From contig KZ539038.1 in the NCBI GenBank assembly GCA_000934665.2, forward strand, positions 1 to 35,789: 35,789 nucleotides of DNA, read 5' to 3'. Positions within the stretch are counted from its first letter, which is position 1. Each line of letters opens with the position of its first letter. The position numbers and the translations under genes were made by a program. Positions 12,951 to 24,000 of the stretch are shown piece after piece. Under the pieces are notes generated by a model. It was not told the origin of the DNA and ran no database searches. It saw only the letters and a list, made by a program, of their open reading frames with translations. This stretch comes from Catajapyx aquilonaris. Lineage: Eukaryota.

Positions 12951-14966
12951 CACCAGCACAACCAGCACAAGCTCCGCCGATGGTTACTGCACCACCAGTT
13001 GCTGCCCCTGCTGCAGCTAAGGAAGAACCTGAGGCTCCACTGCCGGTTGAGGCAGCGAAAAAGGTGGACGAGCCCCAGCAGAATGGGGAGGTCACTAGTC
13101 CAGAAGGCACTGAAGGTAGGATGCGTTGGCATTTAAGCTTTCCTGACACTGTCAATTTCCCCACCAATTCTGGCAGAAATTTGTTGCAAAGTAGCAATGG
13201 AAGTGATCTTTTCACATTTTAGGCAGCGGCTTGAGGACAAGTTACCACTTAATATTCTCAAGGTCGAATTTTATGCCTAATGTTATGTGACAGAGTTATG
13301 TAACATCAGAGTGATTTGGAATGGAAGTCTACCTTGAAAATATGAGATTACTGTGATGTGGGATGGGAGCAGTGCAGAGCATGCTAATTTATCCATTGCA
13401 GTAGGGAAGTTGGTCACACTGTCAATTGCGTGCTGGTAGGTTAGGGGCTGCTATTCAGTATTTTAATTTCCAGATGGGGTTGTCTAGGACCAGGGTGTTT
13501 GCATTATTCCCAGTGCATGCCAATAGGAAAAAGAGCCCAGAGGCCGATTGGGCAAAATTAGAGGTTGCATCATTTCTGCCTCTGCGGTTTCGTTTGTCAC
13601 TGTTCGTTTGTCACTGCCCGTGATAGTGGGCCTCTGATCAAGTGAAGGGTGCGGAAGGGTGTGACTCTTGTTGTGTAGTAAGCCAGTGTGCTTGGGGAAT
13701 GGAAGGCCTCTCCTGTGGAGTAAGATGCATCTGGTGGCCACTCTCTAGACTGGCTGGCTGGGTGTAGCTGGAAGGCAGGGTGGCTCACCCCAGTAACCCT
13801 GGCTGAGGGTCAAGGCTGCCTCTCCTGGGGCCCTCATGGGTATCGCCTTCTGCATTCTTGGCTGGGGAGACCAGCAATTTTTACAATTTCTTATGCGGTT
13901 ATTTCACTTTCATATGCATTGGGGCCAGTAATAAGGAAGTTGATACAGTAGCACCTCCAGTAGGCCGTTAGGAACGGGGTAATTTCAGTGTGGTTTTGAG
14001 AATGTTACAAAAATGAGGCTTGCGGAATTTATTCATTAGGAGTTTTTCATCCAGGTTGTCACTTTTGCTGTAGAATGTTTGCATTCCTGTGCGAAAAGGA
14101 CTGAGTTAAAAAATTACTTTTGGGCCGTTACTCCAATGCATAAAAGTGCATCAGCCTGTTGTGTAAAACTATGGTTTTGTAATGCCTTTTGTACTTAGTA
14201 AAGTAATTACACATACACCGTGGCAACAAACTGTTACATTAGGTACAAGTACATCAGAAATCATATCAGCAGAATAGAAAAACAGATGATTGTTAGGGTA
14301 ATCTAGCACACATATCGGCATTAGCAGTTACTGAAGTGGCTGATAATTCTCTGTTGACATGAATTGCACATTGTGCTCTGGGCTCATTATTATGAGCCAT
14401 GCAGCGCATAATGGTTGCACTCTCGATTGGCCACAGTGATCATATTGATGTAAACTCTCATTAGGGGTTTGACGGCTGCTGAACATGGACAGGATGGGGA
14501 GGTGGGTGGTGTGGTGGAGAATTTATTATTCGAATCATGGTGAATAATTGGGGTCAACAGGATGAGGGGTGTAATATTATAACAGTGCATCATATGCAGT
14601 AAAGGCTGTAAAGTTGGAGTATACCAGAAAGGGGTTAAGGGGGGAGATGGGACAGTCTGTGGGTGGGTGGGGGGGTTTGTACTTATCACAGCTGGATGGA
14701 TAAAATGCCCATGGATCGAGTAGAGGTAAAGGTCGCGCCGAAGCCGATAAATACCAGTCTGGTTCAAGGCAACCATCCGAGGAGGATATGAATTATTGTG
14801 CAGTGAGTACAGCCGAGGGTTTGAATTCTTGGACTTGTAAAGTGTGCTTGTGGCTCACAGGAAGCGGCTATTATGCGGCTGTATGCCAGCTGCTTAGATC
14901 TCTCTTCAAAGCAGAATGGGCTCTTTGGTTATATAGTAGCCAGGAAAAATAACTGTTGCACCACAC

Positions 14967-15011
<45 letters not shown>

Positions 15012-18000
15012 ACCTTGGAGGAACTGCTTTCCAATCTGCCTGAGATTAGTGCACTTGATCAGATCTGCCCCGGTGGGGATTTGGTGCTTGGTGCACGTGC
15101 TTTTTGCCATGGCGATTATTCGGGGCGCGGTGGAAATATCTAGAGCGGGTTATTGCGACAGAGGAGTTGTACCGTGTGTTTCAGAATTTAGCTTACGGCC
15201 GTATCGGTAATAATTTGGCGCATACTGAAATGGCCTTTAATTATTTTAAAAAAATTTACTGTAAAATGACTGCAGGTGAAGCTAGCACGGTATATACGGT
15301 TGTCAGTCATTGATGTGGCAGTGAAAGTTCGTCCCGTTTGACGCATCTGTTGTCCATAACCGCCGGGAAAGGTCTTGGAGGAATTTGGAAAGGGAATGCA
15401 ATCCCCCCCCCCCCCCCCCCCCCCCNNNNNNNNNNNNNNNNNNNNNNNNNNNNNNNNNNNNNNNNNNNNNNNNNNNNNNNNNNNAACCCCCCCCCCCCCC
15501 CCCCCGGCTGGGCAAGGTTGTGAAAGTAGGGTGTTTTCGAAGAAGGGGGGGTCAGGTTTTGAGAGATTTTTACAGCCCCCTCCTTGAGCTTGAAGAAGGA
15601 AGTACCGCCAGTGGAGTCCACTTTTACAATTCCTGTTCCGCAAGAACGGACCCGCGATTATGGGAGAGACGTACTTTGGGGGGAGTGAAGGACGTTTGCT
15701 ATATGCCCTTGTTGGGGCTGCATGAATGGTATGGACAATGCGATATTTCAAAAAAAAAAAAAGAAGAGGTGAATGGATGCCCCCTCGTCATAGCACCGGG
15801 AGCAGATCTATTTTTAGTTAGACTGATCCGCTGGGCAGCGGAACTGTTCACGTCCTGACTGATTTGCTGGCAACGTCCGGCAACCTTTTATCGGCGGATT
15901 ACGGGGCTCGTAATATTCCTCGGAAGACGGTACATGCGAACATGCCCGAATTTAAGCACCGACATTTTAGTAGTTAGCAGACGATTTTCCCCCCCCTCCC
16001 GTTGGCGTAATTAATGGCAGCCCGAGCGATAACATTTCACATCCCATCTTCTCTACCGAAACGACCTTTTCTCGGGAGATGCCAGAGTGGGTGGTGGTGG
16101 TGTATGGGAGGAGGGATGCTTGCGCAAGGTTGCGACAGATGGACCCTCACTGTATGGTATCTTATTCTGCGCGTCATTCCCGCTGCAAAAAACCGGCCGT
16201 CCGAGAGATGACCACGTGACTTGCACCTGGCAACTCCGCCCCCGTTATCCACGTGGGCATGCATGCAAGGGAAGGACGACCCGCTCCTTTTTTTTTTATT
16301 TAAATTATTTGTAATGTACGGGGCGCCCGTCTTTTTAAAAATAAAACCGGCTCGGTTTGAGGCGCCACCTCCCTAAGACGATGTGAATGGAGAGAGATGG
16401 AGAGGGTTCGGGATGCTGGGAAGAGAGGGCGCCTGTACGACTCCCACGGTGGAGCCATGTTGTGTCCTTAGATGCTTCTGGTTGAGGAAAGAGGAGTGAC
16501 CATGGCGGGACTGTGTTGAGGTGTGCTCAGGAAACATGGACCCGGGTCCGAGCGGGGGGCAGAGGGCCCAGATGGGCCGGACGGTCAATGGGAAAGGTGA
16601 GGATTTGCAAAATTGGGGTTGGAGAGAGATGGGGAGGGATGTGGAGGATATATGGTGGGGTGTGGAATGGGAGGGGGGGGAAGTTCAGATGGGGTGGTGA
16701 ACCTGGCCTTAAATGGCATGGGATAGGTTGTCACATGACGTGATGCTGGGGGTTAGAGGCCAGTGTGATGGACTGGATCCATATGCATGAAATGACCTGT
16801 TGAATGCAGGGCTCTCTCTCCCCCCTTTTTTTTGAGGGCATGGCTTTTTTCCTCGCCTTCTAAAGGGGGGGATACCTCTTGATGGGGGGCGCTAGAGAAA
16901 GGAGTTGCCCGAGTGCAAGTTGGGAGCTAAAAATACTGTGCCTTGAGACAAGGTCTATTTTTGATGGTGGAGAGGCTTGGGGGGGCCCCAGTGGCAGGCT
17001 TTGCAAGCAGAGGATATCCTGTGCACATATTGGATAGATGAGATGCTATTGCAGTGCATGCCAATAATGGCATGGGAAGTGGGACAGGAGGCGATTGTCT
17101 GAACTGTCTTGAGGACAAGTAAAAAAATGTTCAAGACTAAAAAAAAGCGTGATGTTTTCCATATCAGAATCCTTTCAGCATTGAGAAAAGGAAACATTTT
17201 GGATTTAATATGCTCATTAAATTATTAACTTTTTACCAACTGAAGCTCAGCCACTTGATTTAAGATACGACTAGGATACCTCAATTAAAAATACCTAATG
17301 GGAAGGGAGAGGTTATGCCACATAATAATTGTTTACAAGTGAAATGATGTTGCAATAAGGTGGCATTGTAATGAAGCAGTGCTGATGCTGAAATGTGACA
17401 GGTGGCATGAATAATTAATGATGTCTCTTGTGCTGTTGCGTGGCATGCGCCAGCTGTTTAGTCTTGCAACCTGGTGAGGCCCAGGAGGCATTTGCATTTG
17501 AACTGGGATATGTAGATAAGTCTTCGACCCTGAATGCACTTCTCTTATTCTTGGGTTGGGTGTCTGTCCTCTTACAGTGAAGGCTTCCCAGCGGCAAAAG
17601 CCAAAACGCAGCCAGAAGAATCGGGAGTTGAATAGGAAAGGCGCTGAGAGGGAAGGGTCGGAACTGGATGCGTTCTATGACCCAACGGAAATGACCCCTC
17701 CTGTTCAGCAGCCAGTGGCTCCTGCCTCAGTTGCAGGGAAGGTGGCACCCCCTCCTCCTCCGCCCAACTCCACCTCTGCCCAGCAGCCGGCAAATTCTGC
17801 CCCTGTGGAGGATGAGGTTAACTCAAAGGAAAGTGGGGATGAAGAGGACCACCACCGCGTCGCTGTTCGTAATGAGGAGAATGCAGCCAAAGGTAGCCAA
17901 GTAGCAGAGGAAACTTCCGTTGAAGAGAAGAGTAGTAGTGCTGTGATAGATACCACTGCCCCTGCAGTCAAACCTGTCACGCAGCTGAAGCACAGCTATG

Positions 18001-21000
18001 ACGATGGTGAGTGTTGGCTTCCATTTAATTAGATTTCTTGGCAGAGCTAGGATGGTCCAAAATATTGGGTTGCTCGGAAAAGAGAGTCTAAATTCTAAAA
18101 CTTGGGAGCACTAACCTATTTGTAGTTATGAACTACATTCATATAGGAAGTCCTTGGTTTATGAACGAGCTAACTTATGGGGATCTGTATTTATGATCCT
18201 TTGCATGTATCCTTTGCAACTGGTGTAGCTGTTGTGACATTTCTTCTTGCATAATTTTAAAAGTTTATGACTGAATCAGTTATGTAGATTAATACTTTGC
18301 ACTACCATGTGTGGGAACCGAGTCATATGAATTGATTTACTCACATCGTCAGATTTAATGTTTATTAAACTAATCTATAATATACCGTTACGAGTGGAAC
18401 CTTGGGATCAACAAGAAAACAAATACTTCCGATATTAGTGATAACTAAAGATGACCCATGAACTTGAAACACCCTATATGTCAGTGAGTTTTGTTTTTCA
18501 TCCTCACATGATTGTTATGAGTCTCTTTTGATGTCAGCCACTATAACCCACTACAAATGATTTCTGATTTGTTGTGACAATATTATTGCAGTAGGAGGTT
18601 ACCTGTCATTATAAAACTGTTGTACATTTGCAGACCAGTGGAGCCCGGTGAACCCAGATGGAAAGAAGAAGTATGGAAGAGACTTCCTGCTGGAACTTCA
18701 GCATGATCCCCAATCCAAAAAGAAGCCTGAAAATCTTCCGACACTAGACATTATTTTAGACAGTACAAACAAGGTAGGACTACCTTCGTTAGCCTTATCA
18801 TTGCTCTAGATGTGTGCTAGGTGTGATTGCAGGTTTATGACATGATCATTCCCTCCACTAAAAAAGCACAAAGAATTGCTACTTATGTCTCGTTACGAGT
18901 GTTCTCACATGACGTACCAAATTCCTGAAAACTTTGTTCAACTTCTTTACATGCTTTCTGGAGATAAGATGGGACTGAACAGAAAAATACAGACAGGCTT
19001 TGAACTATTGCTTGGCAGTACTGTAATGGGTTTGAAAATGGTAAGAAGGGCACGACATCCTTGTTTCTGCTTTTTCGAACCTTCGAAACCATACCGTTTT
19101 GTGATTGGGAATATAATTTGGTCAGATATTTTTGTGCATTATTGGCTACCCTTCTGATTTATATTGTGTACCTTGGAGTTTGTTTATTTATTCCACCCTC
19201 CCCGCCCCCACCTCTTTCCATCTTGCGCTGAATGCTTGTGTGTGGATGTTTATTGATTCTTGTATTGTTGAGAGAAGTGGTGACATTTTATATTTAATTT
19301 GGTAAGATTGCCTTGGATTGCAACCTCGATGGATTCAGTGATTGTGGTTGAAGGGACACCATTTCAAAGAGACCCATGCTGCATTAACGTGATTGTAAGG
19401 CAGAGACGGTGTACATGTAGAGATCGGTTGTTCTATTGCATTGACGACGTGAACTGGGAGTGGGTTGCACATTTATTGCAAGGAAGAAAATTGCCTGCAT
19501 TTGACAGTAACGTCAAAAGGCCTTACGTCTAGTTGATGTAGCACCTCATGAGGTAGTTTCTGTCATTAACTTTGTGTTTTTTCCAATTGTGCTGATGGAT
19601 GAAATATTCCACGTTGCTTTTTTCAGCCAAGGGTACCTGAGACAAGGCCCTTGAACATGACTGCAAAGAGCTTTGCTGACTTTACTCCAAACTATGCAAA
19701 GTCCCCTGCACCTCGGGTGAGTTAGTTGGACTTGGTCTAAAGAGTTGGAATGTGAATGGGCAAGAATAACGGAGAATGTTTTCTGCAGATGCTTCCAAAG
19801 AGGAACAGCCAGCAAGGAAGGGTGAAGGCTCCCAAAGTGCTGCCCAGTCTCAGCTTGCAACTGAAGCAGGAAGTAAAACTTCATGAGGCTGAGAATGCAT
19901 GGAAACCTAACCTGAAGATAACTGTAAGCAAAAAGGAGCTGACCGAAGATGAGACCAAGTCAGAGGTAATGATGGTGACTGAAGGGGTGAAGAGTTTTTG
20001 TTTCCTGTGCATGAGTTATAACTTGGGATTTTTTGTGCAGGAGCTGTACAAGAAGGTTCGGGGCATCTTGAACAAGCTGACTCCTCAGATGTTTGAAATT
20101 CTGGTGGGCCAGGTGCAGGAGCTGCCCATTGACAACCAAGAAAGACTGAAAGGAGTCATGGAGCTTGTGTTCGAAAAGGTACTGTGTCTATCATAACGTA
20201 GTTGCAGGATATGGTTTGACAACAAAGGATTGTCACATTCCTGTCGGGGTCTAGGGCCTATTGGCCCGGTCGACCCTTGAAGTCCCCATGTAATGTCACA
20301 TTCCTGCCCCATTTGTGAATGTGAATGTCAATATCGAGAAGGCCACACTTGTATTTGTATGGATGGCTGTCAATAGGGGATACAGGTTATAAACTAGATT
20401 ATTGTGTGATACTGGTAAGGGGTAGGACTTGGGAAGACCGGGCTTTTAACGGGCTTCGAAAAATTGGTACACATCACTTGCCAGCACTGTATCCGCAGGA
20501 CCTTATGCCATAGCATCAGGAGTAATAATTTTTAAAAAAAGTAAAGAATTGCACCATTATGCCTTTTGGTAATTTATTAGTAAGACTTATCTGACTTGTT
20601 TAATTTTTCTAGGCGCTGGATGAACCAGGCTTCTCTGTGGCATATGCCAAGATGTGCAAGACCCTGGCCATGATGCAAGTGCCAGTAGATGAAGGCAGAA
20701 ATGAGTGTGTGAACTTCCGCAAGTTGCTGCTTCTCCGGTGCCAGAATGAGTTTGAGAAGGACTGGACAGATGAGCTGCGCAGCTTGAGGACCAAGGAAAT
20801 AGAGGCCACTCCCTCGGAGGAGAAGCGCAAAGAGATGCAGGTGGCACTTGATGAAGAGGAGCGTCGCCTTCGGAAGCGTTCTCTGGGCAACATTCGCTTC
20901 ATTGGAGAACTGTACAAGCTGGGCATGCTGACCTCCAAGATCATGCACGAGTGCCTGCAAAAACTTATACGTCAGGGGGATGAAGATTCTCTAGAGTGCC

Positions 21001-24000
21001 TCTGTCGCCTTCTGGCAACCATTGGGCGGGAAATGGAGAGTGAGATTGTGCAAAAGTCTAAGAACTCGGGCTCCAAGGAGGACATGGGACATTATTTTGC
21101 CCAGATGCTGGCCATCGTCCAAAAGCGGACCACCTCCAGTCGGGTGCGGTTCATGCTGCAGGATGTGATTGAATTGCGCAGCTGTAATTGGGTGCCACGT
21201 CGAGATGATAACAACCCCAAGACCATCGACCAGATCCATAAGGAGGCAGAGCGGGAAGCTATTGAACAGACTATTTCACTGCAGCAGGCACCTCCACCTA
21301 TGCGGGGAAGGGGTGGAGGCGGTGGGGGAATGGACGACAAGAAGAGGAAGGGTGGGATGCCTATGGGAGGAGGTGGCCCTGGCATGGGGGAGGATGGCTG
21401 GAACACAGCAGGGAAACCCGTCAGTACCAGGATATCTGGGATGGACTTCAGCAAACTGACCAAGCATGCCCTGAAGGTCAGTCACGATGTTTGTCTTTTC
21501 TCGTGTGGGGCACTCTTTAAGTACAATAGTACCAATTTTGTGCCGCATTATTCAGTTTTTAGGTCTATCTGTTGATGATAACACTTGCAGCTCAGGAATG
21601 CTCCTTAAGTGACGGTTGAGGCATTCAGACAGTCAGTTTTCGTTTCTTGTCACACTGGGGTGTTGTAAGTCAATCAACACAACCTCCACTCAACACCACT
21701 GCATGCATTCCTTAGGCACTGTCCACCTCCACCACCACATGACCATATCCTCTGGTGCATTGAACAGGTTCCAGCCCTGCAAACTGTCAGAAAGGGTGTG
21801 GAATTTGACTTGACCAAAGCTGACGGGCAGTCCATTTGTTATCATGAAAAGTACTGCTTGGACAAAGGAACGAAAACGGGCTGGGTAGAAAGGGATGGAT
21901 GCTCTTAAATGTGTCATACTGCTCAGGAGCAGCTAGCCACTTCAAGTTCTTTCTTTCTTCTTTTTTTCCCCCTTCTTTTTTTTTTCATTTTTTTCTCATT
22001 TTTTTTCCTTTGCATATGTGGGTGGTCATTTTACATTGGATTAAACACGGTCTTACAACATGTAGCAGTAGTTGCGTGCAAGCAGTGATGATAATTTTAC
22101 TTGCAGAACTCTTATAAAGAGCTACTGTTTTGTGGTCATCAGGGTTCCATATACACACATGTTAAAATTACAAAAAGTGATAGTATTCCTTCAATGCAAA
22201 TGCACCACACCATGGGTAAGAGGAAAGTACATATGTGGTATTGTACAATCAGCGTTGCAAACTGAGAAAAAACATTCTGCTAAAGCAACGTTAAAATCCA
22301 CTAAATGATTTTCCTTTGCCTTACATCACTCAGAAACCACAAAATTCATATACTTTCAAGATAAAAGTAACTCGCAATAATGAGGTACTACATGGAAGCT
22401 TCGTGGGAATCGATGAAGGTTGATATATCAGAATATAGATTCCTGCGATGTGCTGATGCGGGGTTAAATCTTTTTCATCGAAACCATTGTTCTAACTCTG
22501 CCATTCCCAAAAATGTGGAAACAGTGAGAGGCTGGCTTTCAGGAAAGGATACACTACACACTCCTAACAATTTTGTGACGCTAATGTCTGTTGATTCATC
22601 TATAATGACACTGGAATGTCAGTCCTTCTTAGACTGGCCTTGAAGTGTGAGGAAAGAATTATCTTAATTACACCACTACACTTGGTTACTTGCAAAGGCA
22701 TCTGAGAAGCTTGGTCAACACCTGTAATGCGTCTTTTTGAGAGACCACAAAGGTGATCCACATGTCTTATCACACAATGATTAGCCACAAACAAACATCA
22801 TGCAGCTTCTGCAGCTGCACCTTCATTTGCATGCCTTGCTATAATTATGCAAGTCTCACTTGGAGTGCTGTTGTGAGGAAAAGGGTCCTGCAGCTTTTAG
22901 AGATGCTTTTTGCTTGTTGAATGGGTGAGTAAAGGACGCAATTTTAAAGTGGTCTGGCTATATCTACAGTGTGAACTTGCCAAATCAGTGGGTACCTCAA
23001 CCATCCAGTCTTTCAATAATTCGTTGGTGAGCCACTCCTTCCTAAATATTTGGTATACCTTTTGTCTCTTTCCATCAAAAATTACTGATGGCCTTACATA
23101 AATCCATTAAAAATTTTGATGACCACTGAACAAAACATTTTCCCCATTGACATGGCATAAAATCTGTCTGAAATTATGCGAAGTTGGCAACACTTAGAAT
23201 ACGTTCGGTACCGGGGGGAAATCCCTCTCACACAACTAGGGTGTGAGAGGGACAGTCCTCCTCCAGCCAATTGTACAGTACCTCCGCAACCCATCACTCT
23301 ACTTTCTTCCTCCTACTACACCTATTTCCAGCTCCAGAACAAAGGCAGTCCACCTAGAGAGTCCAGTGAGCAGGACGTGGTGGTGACTAGTCATTCCTAG
23401 TTATAAGAGATGTGAAGTTCAGAGTGCGTCACATGAAATCAGCACATTTTCTAGTGATTGTGCTGCCCTGGTTGAATCGATGGATCAAATTTGAATGCTG
23501 TCTTTTATATTGCAGCTAAATCTTTGAATTTTTAGAGTTGTAGGGGGAACTTAGGTTCAGATTTTTAGATTCAAGGGGTTGCATTGTTCAGTTTTTTTTT
23601 TGACGTATACGTTGGAGGGAAGGTTGAAAGACACAAAATGGTAAGACAGTTTTTTCCAGACCTGCGAGCAATGCATAGAAATACATGCATTAACTGATGT
23701 GCCGTGTAAACATTTCAAAAATGTAACTAAAATGCAACTTAACAAGTTGGTTCCCTGGAGATTTCTTATGGAAAGAATACTCACTGGTGGGTAATTGTAG
23801 ATACGGTAGGGAGAGAGTGAAGTTGGGATGGGCCAATTGCTTGTGAGTAGGATGAAGCTCTTTAATGCCTCCATTCTTATAATTTCATGTAGCTGTTGCC
23901 AAATGACGCTGCTGATGTTGATAAGGTTGGCACAATCATTTGGCTGAATTTCAGTTTCTTAATTTTTTTCTTATTAATATTTGGAAGGTTCTGCAGGTGT

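Larger units (their letters stand above)
14720..16590 (+). promoter_or_regulatory. Intronic CpG-rich island, candidate internal promoter
   Basis: CpG density is visibly higher than in flanking introns, with a (GA)n tract, poly-C and a candidate first exon at 16014-16086. Confidence 0.45.

Noticed and set aside
11450..13215. Many long overlapping and antisense ORFs
   Set aside because: Shadows of the repetitive, GC-rich coding exon E7.
15188..15858. ORFs with poly-G/poly-P
   Set aside because: They run through poly-C and an N gap.
19299..19532. 77-aa ORF preserved in both copies (also 31593-31826)
   Set aside because: TTG start, intronic, and the similarity is explained by the duplication.
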